From the IMG/VR virus record IMGVR_UViG_3300043085_000044: a stretch of 20,000 nucleotides of DNA, one strand, 5' to 3'. Each line of letters starts with the position of its first letter. Positions within the stretch are counted from its first letter, which is position 1. The position numbers were made by a program, and so were the translations under genes. The stretch comes from an uncultured virus (IMG/VR IMGVR_UViG_3300043085_000044) (taxonomy: Duplodnaviria; Heunggongvirae; Uroviricota; Caudoviricetes; Crassvirales). Below are positions 9,012 through 18,928 of the stretch, piece by piece. The notes beneath the pieces were generated by a model. It had not been told where the DNA came from. It saw nothing but the letters and a program-made list of their open reading frames with translations, and ran no database searches.

Positions 9012-11786
9012 TTAACAGGGATTTTCTCCCGCTTTCTTTAAACCTTCTTTTGAATCATACTTAACTTCAACCTCTGAGGGAGTACCAGTTCTTGATTGCT
9101 CTTTCTTCTTAGCTTCCTCATCAGTTATTGTTTGGTCAACAGCTCCATCCAAAGCATCTTCCATTTGAGCAATCATATCATCAATTCTGTCTCCATCAAA
9201 GTCAGCAAAATCATCACCAAAATCAGAGAATGGGTCATTATCATCATTCTTTGGCTTCTCATGCTTATAATCATTAAGAATACCAGCATAGTTTGAATTT
9301 GCATCAAGAACCAACGTCTGAGCCTCTAATTTTCCTACTTTCTCATATTCAGCAGCTCCTTTTGGTAGGATTACATTATCCCTATGTCTATATAGAATAC
9401 CATTTATATTCAAGAATGGATATTTCATATTCTCAAAGTCATTTATTGATGCTCCATATGACAGTGTTATAACATCACTAAAATCAAGTTGGTCAGTTCC
9501 TGGGATTTTAACTACCTTTCTTGGAAGCATATCTTTGTAGTTTTGAAGCATAAACTGATAATAATAGTTAAATGCTCCAGCAGTATCTAAATACTTATCT
9601 CCCAATCTGAGAACCTCCATAATTTCAGGGAAATTATTCAGGAATGCAGGGCTAAACAGAGTTCCAAAAGAGTTAGCTCCAAATGACAATCCATCCTTAT
9701 AGTAAGAATAAGCAAGCAGGTCAGTAGCCAATTGGATTGCAATAGGATTTTCACTCTCAAGTAGCATATCAAAATCAGCCATCAACATCTGCCTTGCTGT
9801 TTTTGATTTCCTCGATGAACCCCTAAGCACTATATCTCCATTCTTATTAACTGACAAAGCCTTGATTACTCCAAGACTATTTAGTTCAGGATGAGCGAGC
9901 TTTAAAGCCTCGAATTTAGCAGGGTATTCATTCAAGTAGTAATCTCTTTTTTCTTTGAATGTAGTAGTACCATCATTACCGAACATCTTTGTTTTGCTAA
10001 GCATAAAGGTAGAGAAATTAAACAAGAATTTTTCAACTGTCTTTTCCTTAATTCTCATATCCCTTGCATTGATAAACATTCTATCAATAGCAATCTGTCC
10101 AGATGGAGATAATGGAGTATAATATTCTGCTATACTTTGTAGAGCAAAATCAATACCAAGAGTATAAGAAGCCTGTAGTGTTGGAATATCCCTGCTCATA
10201 AATGCCTCCCTCATTTGGTCTCTTGTTGATTTTCTTCTCACAATATCATTCAGTGGAATAGATTCAGTGAGATGGAATATAGGTGGCATATGGCCATTTT
10301 CTTCATGTATTCTTTCTTGCACTTTCTCACGTAATACAATTCTTCTGACTTTCTGTTGCTGAATAACAGCTTTTGCAACAGTATTTTGAATTGCACCATT
10401 TGGGGAATCAGCTCTTTGAACTGATACTGCGTCCTTTAGTGGTTTAGCGATATTATGTTTTATATGGTCATAAATCATTGCATCGTTAGTTAGAACTGCT
10501 GCCATAATTAAAGTTGGATAATTGCGTATATCTACATTCTCACTACCTCTATCTGCCGCTTGGCTCCTGTCTCTATTATACCTGTCAAGTTCTTTCAAAA
10601 TGGAGTTTACTCCTATTTCAATATGCTTGCCCTCTGTTAGCATGGTAAATCCAATTGTAGCTTCATCAACTGATTTTGTCGAGTGATTACTGCTAATTTT
10701 CTGCCATTCTTCACCTAAAGCCAAAGCTACTTCATCAACTATTAACAAGAATGGAGCTATTACATCCGTAAGCCATATATTATTATCGAAGTACTCTGTT
10801 ATTGGATTTGTAAACATTGCTCCAATTTCATCAATTTCCATAGCCATTCTGAGCATAGCACTTGTTTCTGATGCAGTTTCAACGCTTTGCCTTAAAGAAG
10901 CAAGAACTGGGTCTTTTGCATTATCCACAGAAGCAGCAGAGAACTCAGAACAATTCTTGGAAACCCTCATTTTCCTTCCGTTAATCTCAACTTCAGAATC
11001 ATTAAGACTATTTATAGCTCTACCATTTATAACTACTTCTCCAGCTTCTGAAATACGTAAACCCTTCACATTCTGCATCTTAGCTTGTATGGTTGTATTA
11101 TTTGCATACATACCAACAAGAGCTTTACCAACCATATTTTGCTCATGGAAATAAGCAAAGGTCTCTGGAGATACAAGGCTGCGTTTTCTCTTATGTTCAC
11201 TAATGAATTTATCAAGCTCCTTTAATGACATATTATCAAGGATTTGAGTCATTGGGATTCCTTCCTCAGCAGATTGTGTGTAGAGATAACTTGCCATATC
11301 AAAATCCCTCATAATCTCAGATTTCCTGGCTCTAACCTTGATAGTATTAAAGTTACCTGGAGAATTGAAATGCTCGCTAATTACAGGATTTTGCAGGATA
11401 GACCTTGAAATATCTACAATCATAGTATTCCTCTTTCTTCTGCTTAACTTGGAAGCATCAGTAGTATTATATCTTACTTTTTCTATCCTTGGAACAGCTT
11501 CACCATTCTTATCCTTATACTCATAAGCATCCTTATTTTCCTCAAACCACTCATTAAACTCCTTATCTTTAATATTGATGGCCTCAATTTCCTCGTCAGA
11601 AAGCTCCATTAATTCAGAGAATGAGTCAAGTTCTTTACTCAACAAAGAATCATCCTCTATCTCAATTTTATCCTTAATTGCAGCAAAGAAATCTCCCTTA
11701 AATAGATTCTTATAATCCCTGAGTGCTTTTCTCTTATTATGAGTGAAAACATTAAATTCAGGCATCATTAAGAATACTTTATCAAC
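9012..11786 (-). CDS. crAss-type virion DNA-dependent RNA polymerase, exon 2 (924 aa, starts VDKVFLM)
   Basis: Begins right after the intron terminal G (11787) and supplies the last Asp of DFDVD. It contains SAASVDNAKDP, a motif I recognise downstream of the catalytic loop in crAss-like RNAPs. Confidence 0.9.
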   Translation of the reverse strand, partial: VDKVFLMMPEFNVFTHNKRKALRDYKNLFKGDFFAAIKDKIEIEDDSLLSKELDSFSELMELSDEEIEAINIKDKEFNEWFEENKDAYEYKDKNGEAVPRIEKVRYNTTDASKLSRRKRNTMIVDISRSILQNPVISEHFNSPGNFNTIKVRARKSEIMRDFDMASYLYTQSAEEGIPMTQILDNMSLKELDKFISEHKRKRSLVSPETFAYFHEQNMVGKALVGMYANNTTIQAKMQNVKGLRISEAGEVVINGRAINSLNDSEVEINGRKMRVSKNCSEFSAASVDNAKDPVLASLRQSVETASETSAMLRMAMEIDEIGAMFTNPITEYFDNNIWLTDVIAPFLLIVDEVALALGEEWQKISSNHSTKSVDEATIGFTMLTEGKHIEIGVNSILKELDRYNRDRSQAADRGSENVDIRNYPTLIMAAVLTNDAMIYDHIKHNIAKPLKDAVSVQRADSPNGAIQNTVAKAVIQQQKVRRIVLREKVQERIHEENGHMPPIFHLTESIPLNDIVRRKSTRDQMREAFMSRDIPTLQASYTLGIDFALQSIAEYYTPLSPSGQIAIDRMFINARDMRIKEKTVEKFLFNFSTFMLSKTKMFGNDGTTTFKEKRDYYLNEYPAKFEALKLAHPELNSLGVIKALSVNKNGDIVLRGSSRKSKTARQMLMADFDMLLESENPIAIQLATDLLAYSYYKDGLSFGANSFGTLFSPAFLNNFPEIMEVLRLGDKYLDTAGAFNYYYQFMLQNYKDMLPRKVVKIPGTDQLDFSDVITLSYGASINDFENMKYPFLNINGILYRHRDNVILPKGAAEYEKVGKLEAQTLVLDANSNYAGILNDYKHEKPKNDDNDPFSDFGDDFADFDGDRIDDMIAQMEDALDGAVDQTITDEEAKKKEQSRTGTPSEVEVKYDSKEGLKKAGENPC

Positions 11787-12727
11787 CATTTATCTTAGCT
11801 TTATGTTTCCATAAAGATGAGACTATATCTTCACCCATTAGGGCGCTGTGCATTTCCAATGTTTCTATTGTACTCCAGTGGTCTTACCCGCTGGCTTAAA
11901 TCAAATTGTATTTTGTATTTCATACATTCAACCTGTTGTACATATGGTTTTATAATATCTATAAATTTCAATCCTTCTTTAGTTCCGCAACAAAGGGAAT
12001 AACTATCCTTTTTTTTGCCTTCATGAAACATATAGAAATTCACATCCCATACTTCTTTAAAGTAATCAATAATATTTTGGACTTCCTCTTTAGGCTCGCA
12101 AGTGCTAATCTTTATATAAAAACCATGAATTTTACCTTGCTTATTTTTCCTAATATTTATATGTCCATCATCCATATACCATATAGCAATACCTCTTGCA
12201 TCCAATCTATTTAGCATTTTTCGATTGCCGATAGTCTTTTTACTCTTGTAAAATATCCTTCTAAGAACTTTAATAAATGGAATTATATTCAATTGAGTAT
12301 AATAAACTGGGACACCAGGATTAAACCCTCTTGTTTTTATGTAGGATTTTAAACCATTATTTCTTATTCCAGAATCCTTTAATTGCTTTATTTTCCATTT
12401 AACATATTCTTTATGCTGTTCTGCATGAGCAATTTTGAATACAAAATTATTACTTATAGTACCATCTCCCAAAAGAAGTGCAATAAGGAGATTTCTTGAT
12501 TCTTTATTTAATTTAGTTTTCATACAATTTGTTATTATCCACTTGGGAAATTTTTGTTTTTAAGTTTAGTCGTTGAACCTTCACCAGTTTAAAGGTGCTT
12601 GGCTGCTGATTGCCCAATCTATCTAATTTTCAAACATTCAAGTTTAGGTTTTCACCTTGCTTTGTAGCTTAGATAGCTCTAAGGGGTTTCCAGCAATTAA
12701 CACAGTTTTACTTCGACATTAATATTT
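11787..12727 (-). mobile_element. Group I self-splicing intron (941 nt, IA-like) with homing endonuclease, inserted in the RNAP catalytic motif
   Basis: Minus-strand core elements: P AATTGCTGGAAA (12698-12687), Q AATCAGCAG (12611-12603), R GTTCAACGACTA (12578-12567), S AAGATATAGTCT (11831-11820). P1 pairs exon ATTTCGAT with GTCGAAGT, giving a U.G at the 5' splice site. P10 pairs ATTAAT with exon-2 GTTGAT. P3 is CTGTGT (12705-12700)/GCACAG (11851-11846). P8 is CGCCC-TAAT-GGGTG and P9 is CTTTATG-GAAA-CATAAAG (11816-11799). The intron ends in G and its removal fuses the exons in frame. Confidence 0.95.
11831..12523 (-). CDS. Intron-encoded two-motif LAGLIDADG homing endonuclease (230 aa)
   Basis: Motifs LLIALLLGDGTIS and GIAIWYMDDGHI; intact ORF lying between intron elements R and S. 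Confidence 0.92.
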   Translation of the reverse strand: MKTKLNKESRNLLIALLLGDGTISNNFVFKIAHAEQHKEYVKWKIKQLKDSGIRNNGLKSYIKTRGFNPGVPVYYTQLNIIPFIKVLRRIFYKSKKTIGNRKMLNRLDARGIAIWYMDDGHINIRKNKQGKIHGFYIKISTCEPKEEVQNIIDYFKEVWDVNFYMFHEGKKKDSYSLCCGTKEGLKFIDIIKPYVQQVECMKYKIQFDLSQRVRPLEYNRNIGNAQRPNG

Positions 12728-15700
12728 ATCGAAATCACTACCTGCAATAGTTGTAATCTCAGCAGGAAGCATCATTGATGAGCCATTTTGCTGTGGTAAA
12801 AATCCAACAACCTTTAATGGAAGCATAGAATATTTACCCTCAGTAGGAATACGATAACCAATCATTTCCAGTAGCTCAGGTGTAGCCTTTTCAACTTTCT
12901 TGATGTCTATCTCCTCCTTTATTATATTACCATCAGAATAGTATTCCCTCTTAATAAACTGTTTAAAATGCTGTGCTGAGTGCCAAGGAAGCATACACTG
13001 TACTTCTACAAGGGCACCAGTTTCTTCATCTCTTACAACTTTTAGATTTTCCGAGAATCCAAAATTAGAAACAAGAATGGCATTACCGCCTTTAATCTTC
13101 TGCTTAGCTATGGCATTCTTAAACATAGAGTTTACAATTTCCTGCAACTTAGCCGTAATTGTAGGGGTATTCATTGGAAGATTAAATGTCTTGATTTTTG
13201 AGCCATTATAATCAACCTCAATAATCTCCATTGCTTCAAGAAATTCCCTACCATATTTAGGATTACCCTTAACTACCTCAAGAATTGCATCTCTAAGATT
13301 CTCTATTGACTCAAATTTCTTGCTCACTTTCTGGTAATCATCAAGTAGATTTTCTACCATTAAGCCTTGAAAAACCCTTACCACATTTTGCCTTCCCTCT
13401 ATTTTTGCTCCATTAGGTAATGTTACAACTATATCAGCAGGAAGGTCTGCTGTAATCAGGTTTTTAAACTGAGACCCAAGCACAGCAGTAGTATCAAAAA
13501 GATGCTCTGGAGTAGGTTGTTGTACAACATAGTTATCATAAGGAATTGCATGAACTACTTCTTTATTAAATCCAAAATCAGGAGCATTTTTATCCTGCTC
13601 TATAATATTACCAGTCTTAGTGGCAGCATTAAGCATTTCATAGACCTCTGTTTCAGTAGGTTCAAATACTTCTACAAACTTACTATATTGCTCTTGAGTA
13701 ATCTTCTGTTTTTGCAGAAGTTTATCCATAGCTGCCTTTATTCCCCTGAAATCTTTAATTTCTCCTGGATTTTTGAGTTTTTTCTTAACTTCAAAAAAGT
13801 CCATTGCATGGTCAATTCCTCTATTAATAAGGTCTTGATATACTTTTGCTACATCAGGATTATCCTTTTTGATTCTTTCTATTTCATGTCTCAAAGACCT
13901 AATATTGTTAATATTTGTATCTTTAAGAAGTAACATAGCCTTAACACTGGTAGGAGAACTATCAATATCAATAATTCCTTGACCTCCGCATTTAACAGCA
14001 GAAGCAAACTGAACTACGTCAATTCCATTATCCTCCATAAATCTATCCACAGCCCTCATTTTAGCTGACCTCTCTTGAGTCATACTCATTAGGTCATATA
14101 GAGCTAATGTAAGGAACTCAGAGTTCTTATTCTGATGTGGTACCCTCATCCATCCACCAAGTCCATCAGGCTTAGCTATATTGGCAAATACGAAAGGTTT
14201 TACAGTCTGCCATACACAATCAAAATCCTCAGAAGTATAAGTACCATCTTTAAATCTTTGCATAACTTCCTCCATATGGCTATTCCACTCACCCATCATA
14301 TCTAACAAAGTCCTCATTGAACTTAGATTTCTGTATGCCTGAGCATCAGTTGCATTAACTCTAACCATTTCACCAAGAATAAACTCAGCTTCTGTGTCAG
14401 TCATCCTACCAGCTTTTACAGCATTTCCTATGTTTTTCTGTATTTGCTGATAGGAGTTAGAGGTGCGAATACTATCTGCAAGATAGATGGTTAATTCATG
14501 AGTTTTGCCATACTTAGAATTAGTGTTAAGTTTTCTTCCTGCCGCAAGAACCTGTTTAAACCTCTTTTGGAAGTCTACACCATCGTTACCTTGAAAAAAT
14601 GCTGGGTCAGTTACAGTGATTTCTATAATCTGAGAAGTAGCATAAGCCTGATTCCAGAAGTATTCCTCATATAGATTTCTAAGTGAGTCTGAATGGTCTG
14701 ATATACCAGGATAGTATTCCTCTGCTACACTATCCATTGTCACACCCTCAAAGCTATATGAGTACATATGACGAGATATAAACAGCTCAAAATCCTCTTT
14801 CATTATATCTTCAATAGCTTTGTTAATAAGCTCATCAATCTTCTCAGGATTCTTATCTTTTTTAGCCTGTTTTATTGCGTCAATAAGCTTTATTCCGTCT
14901 GCTGTTGTATAATCATTCATCCGAGGGAAGAATAGAAATTCCTCTTTATGACTGTCAAAATTTTGAATTTCCTCAGCTCCAGCCTCAGCTCTTTTTTCTA
15001 TTACAGACATCCTGTATAATTCCTGATGGATTAAGGCGTTAAATCTGGGCAATAGCTTATCCTTGAATGATAGGAAGCTATCAGACCTATACCTAACCAT
15101 CTTAATGAAGTTAGCAGTAGTAGAGTCAGAATAAATAGGGGTATTATACCATGCGAATTTCTCAGATTGAGCAGCTAAATACTGCCTAAAGAAAGCTGTT
15201 TTAATGTCACTTGGTTTCCATTTGTCATATGTTAATCCATCTATATTATCAAGAGACATAATAGCCAACTGCGCTCTTGCTTCCCTATTCTCCTCAAGAA
15301 TCTCCAGCCATCCATTTTTCCATTCTCCTTTTTTAGCGTCATAGAAAAATGAAAACCTCTTGAACTCTGACTCCAGAAGCTCTTGTCTTGTGGCATCATT
15401 CTTTATCCTCTTGAATATTGTATCAATATAATTAGGTGCTGCATAGGTAGGCAAACTTCTTTCTCCCTCTCTTGTTGTCATAGGGGGAATGTCTTCTGTA
15501 ATTGAGTTTATGCTTTCACCCAACTTACTAAACTCTCTATATAATGTAGTTACAAGGTGCTCACCCTCCTCAAGTTTTAATGCTTCATCAAGAATTAGTT
15601 GCATTTTTCCTATAAGACTATCAAGATTTTCATCAAGCAATGTTGCAGCAAAAGACGTATTAGTGTTAATACCAAAAGCACTAATGACTTCTGCTAATTT

Positions 15701-17503
15701 TTCTGCAACAGCTAAAATTTCATCTTCATCCTGAGCTTCTTCTTTTTCATAAAGTATATCTGACACAATCTTCTGTAATTCCTCAATATTTTCTATATTG
15801 AGATTGCCAGTAGAAGTATATATACTTAATGGACTAAGAATGTTGCCTGAATCAAAGTTGCTCATAGCTTCAGTAGCAGCACTCTCTCCACCTATGCCTT
15901 GATTGATTGACATAGTTTGCCATACATAGTGAATTTCTCCAGTTTTCTCATCCCTAACCTCTTTGATTTTGTGTTTCCAGAAGTCAGTTCTATCCTTTCT
16001 GAGGTCTCCATAGAATGTAGAAACCAAATCATCATCAACTGTAAGTTTATCTATAAGCTGGTCTACCCAAGGATATTTATCCTTAATAGCTTCAAGAGCG
16101 GGAAATCTTTTCTTGCCATCAACTTCTACACAGAAATCATTAGGATGAGTCATATTGCTAAGGAAACCAAGCAATACCCCATGAACAAAAGCTGCACTAT
16201 AATACCTCTGGTTGCCCATATCATCAACAATAGGTTCTCCAGTAGAGTCTACCATCTTAACATCAAGTAATGCGGCCTTTGTTTTTGCTGTTACAGTTTG
16301 ATATGGGTCTACAAATCTAATCTGGAAAGACCAACCATCATTACCTGTTGCCCTTGTTCCTCCTTCGTCATCCCCAAATTCTTCTTCCTCTCTTTTCTGG
16401 GTTTGCAGGGAATCATTAATTGCAGCCAAGAAGCCCTCGGCGGATGGTTTTCCATTTACATCTTTTACATCGTGTAAATCTATACGTAAATTTTCAATTT
16501 CTTCTATAATCACACAGGCATTTTCAAACAGTGCATCAAAATTATCAATTATATCCTGATAAGCTTGAATCATTTCTGGGTCAAATCCTTCTTCCCTATA
16601 ATACTCAAGCATATCCATATAATCCTGCTTCATACCCTCATATATAGCTTGAAATCCATTCTTATTGTCTTCAGAGAAAGATTCTAAAGCCCTTCTTCTA
16701 CCTTCAACTGGGTCTTGAAGCTCCCTGAGTTTATCATTGGCTTTCATAGCCTCTTCCATACTCCCAGTAGCTATAATTTCTTCTTGTTCTGCTGCAAGTG
16801 AATACAGTCTTTCTGAAATCCTTTCTGAGAACTCCCTTGCTAAACGCTCATATCTTGCTTTTAGCTTCTGAGGAGTGAATGTTTTTGCCAGCTTTGAGTA
16901 TTTACTTGTCCTAACAGGAGTAAAGTGATTAGCGGCTTCTATAGGCAATCTTGATGGCGTTGATTGAGGGACTTGTTCTTGAGTTTGTTCTGCAACAAAC
17001 AGCTCAGGATTATGTTCTTTGTACCATCTGGTTTTAGCCATAACTCTTTTGTGTAGATTCAATCTTAGCTCCATGTCGTCAGTAGTTCCAAATTGAAATC
17101 TATCTTTAGCCCTGTATAGTATGTATATGTATTTAGCTCTATCGTCTCTTAATTCAGCTAAATCGCTCTCTACCCCAAGCTCAGTCAGCTGTTCTACCAT
17201 TCTCTCCCTCAACCTGTCATTGAGTCTGCCAAGCACGACTACACCATCTGTTCTCAAGCTGAAGAAATTAACTGGATTTTCAGCCATTTCAAACATAGGC
17301 AGTGCATAAGCTAATGTTTTTCTTTCTTCCTCTGTTTCTTCCATATACTTCTGAAGCTCAGAAACCTCAGGCATAACTCCAGGCTTGTTATTCTTGCTTT
17401 GCCATGCTCCTATGGTATTAGCTGCTATCACAGGATGGCTAATCCCAACAGCCTTACCTAAATCTGTTATAGGTTGGCTTGGTACTAAACAATATATTTT
17501 CAT
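12728..17503 (-). CDS. crAss-type virion DNA-dependent RNA polymerase, exon 1 (1592 aa from the MKIYC start; spliced product about 2516 aa)
   Basis: Motifs DFQKRFKQ, NATDAQAY, VKPFV, HQNKNSEF, SAVKCG, GSQFKNLI, GYRIPTEGKYSM and IAGSDFD, characteristic of crAss-like two-barrel RNAPs. I moved the start to ATG 17503 because a promoter lies within the 20 upstream codons of the called ORF. Confidence 0.92.
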
Positions 17504-17529
17504 ATTACTTAATAAATTTATTTCTTGTA

Positions 17530-17561
17530 CAAAATTAAGCATTTCATTCTTGATTGACAAC
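17530..17561 (-). promoter_or_regulatory. Bacteroidota housekeeping-sigma promoter for the RNAP operon
   Basis: -7 element TAATTTTG (17537-17530) matches TAnnTTTG. A -33 element gTTG (17561-17558) lies at a 20-nt spacer. An A/T-rich, SD-less leader precedes ATG 17503. Confidence 0.75.
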
Positions 17562-17611
17562 ACAATAAATGATTTACTTTAACGTACATGAGGAAAAGAA
17601 GAAGAAATTAT

Positions 17612-17629
17612 AGTAGGTAAAAAAAAGGG
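17612..17629 (-). repeat. Right arm of inverted repeat (minus strand CCCTTTTTTTTACCTACT)
   Basis: Inverted match to 4951-4969. Confidence 0.7.
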
Positions 17630-17665
17630 CAGAGCAGCAAGCACAAAGCTCACTACTCCACCCTT
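17619..17665 (-). terminator. Intrinsic terminator after thyX
   Basis: Minus strand reads AGGGTGGAGTAGTGAGC-TTTGT-GCTTGCTGCTCTGCCCT, running into a T8 tract. The 17-bp stem has 5 G.U pairs and starts a few nt after the thyX stop. Confidence 0.9.
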
Positions 17666-17669
17666 ATAA

Positions 17670-18476
17670 TTAATCTTTATTTTCTTCGTATAGACAATCG
17701 TCAATATAATTAGCCACCTTTTGCATATAAGGATGAGCTTTTTCGCTGCATCTTAGATACAAAAACCAAGCCCAATCATCATCAAAAGCTGTATAATAAG
17801 CCTCTGACATAGTACACAATGGCAACAATTCCCTTGCTTCCTGCGGCTTTGCTCCACCATTAATCTTATTGAAATATGCTTCCTCAGCTCTCTGGAGAAA
17901 TTCGTAATCAATAATATCAGGAGTCGGGCAATAGAAAGTAAGCTGACTGTCAAACTTATCATTTGTAAAGTTGCAATACCTTGTACTCATCTCACTGGTA
18001 CTCAATGCTCTATGAGTCCTGATTTCACGAGTTACAGATATTGGAGCTTTAACATAGAATGTTGACCTTACCCAGTGTTCTCCTTCCTCATATCTCCAAT
18101 ACTGCATATCCTTGAGTCTGTCATTATCCAATAGTACTCTGTAATTTGTGGTAATGTAGATATTCTTGAAATCAGGATATATTCTAACTTTTGAATATGG
18201 ATTCTTATTATAAAATTCAAGCATCTGAGAATAATGATGAGAGCAATATGGTACTGTAAGATACACTGTACCATGCTCAGCTATACTGCGATGCTTGTTT
18301 ACATTGCAAATTCTCTCAACAAAATCTCTGGCAGTAGTACTGTGTCCTTTTTCATCATACTGAATAAGGTGTTGGCTCTTATAGCAGATTCTACCACATA
18401 CTTCTATACGCTCAAACATTTGCTGTGGGGTTGTGATATTTGTCATCATTCCCACTTCAATATCCCCTAAAATCAT
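17670..18476 (-). CDS. thyX: Flavin-dependent thymidylate synthase
   Basis: RICYKS, HRSIAEH, REIRTHRALSTSEMSTRY (ThyX RHRx7SxR-type signature, here THR), PQEARELLP and FLYLRC..AHP. Confidence 0.93.
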   Translation of the reverse strand: MILGDIEVGMMTNITTPQQMFERIEVCGRICYKSQHLIQYDEKGHSTTARDFVERICNVNKHRSIAEHGTVYLTVPYCSHHYSQMLEFYNKNPYSKVRIYPDFKNIYITTNYRVLLDNDRLKDMQYWRYEEGEHWVRSTFYVKAPISVTREIRTHRALSTSEMSTRYCNFTNDKFDSQLTFYCPTPDIIDYEFLQRAEEAYFNKINGGAKPQEARELLPLCTMSEAYYTAFDDDWAWFLYLRCSEKAHPYMQKVANYIDDCLYEENKD

Positions 18477-18742
18477 TCTTCCGGTTTTGTTTCAAATTGT
18501 TTTAACATTTCTTTGATTACTTCCAAGCTAACGCTGCCTGGGATTCTGCGTAAAACTTCTTCATTGTCATCTATCAGAACCAACAAAGGAATTGACCTAA
18601 CCTTATATTTAGCACAAAGGCTGTATTCATCCTCATCACAATCAATTTCCTCGATGGGGATAGTGGTCTCTAAATCTTTCATTGTTTCTGTTAATGCTCT
18701 GCATCCTGCACACCAAGGTGCTCCAAATTTCAGTAGTTTCAT
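18473..18742 (-). CDS. Thioredoxin family protein
   Basis: KFGAPWCAGC active site and VRSIP cis-Pro motif; 89 aa. Confidence 0.93.
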   Translation of the reverse strand: MKLLKFGAPWCAGCRALTETMKDLETTIPIEEIDCDEDEYSLCAKYKVRSIPLLVLIDDNEEVLRRIPGSVSLEVIKEMLKQFETKPEE

Positions 18743-18745
18743 AAT

Positions 18746-18928
18746 TTATTTGTTTAAGGCATCGTTGCCATAGTGAATATTACTTCTGGTTATAGTCTCT
18801 GTATGACCACAATTCTCACACTTAACAGTGATATACTCTGTACCTCCCTTGATTTCTATCTTGGGAGAATACAGAGTAAGTGAGCCACAATTTTTGCAGA
18901 TTTTATACTGAGGCATTTTTCTGGTCAA
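18746..18928 (-). CDS. Small zinc-ribbon protein (60 aa)
   Basis: CKNCG...CENCGH pair of CxxC motifs; tightly packed in the operon. The start may be the second Met. Confidence 0.7.
   Translation of the reverse strand: MTRKMPQYKICKNCGSLTLYSPKIEIKGGTEYITVKCENCGHTETITRSNIHYGNDALNK

Noticed and set aside
9189..9209. FADFDGD near the RNAP C-terminus, resembling the canonical NADFDGD catalytic motif
   Set aside because: It lies in a low-complexity Asp/Phe-rich tail with no double-psi barrel context. The real motif follows RIPT...LP...GSDFD|VDK at the intron site.
11787..12727. Intein, frameshift or pseudogene explanation for the RNAP interruption
   Set aside because: An in-frame stop follows DFD, no intein terminal motifs are present, and a complete group I RNA core with matching P1/P10 is found.
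17504..17563. 20-aa N-terminal extension of the RNAP ORF in the ORF track
   Set aside because: It overlaps the promoter and A/T-rich leader; ATG 17503 is the better start.
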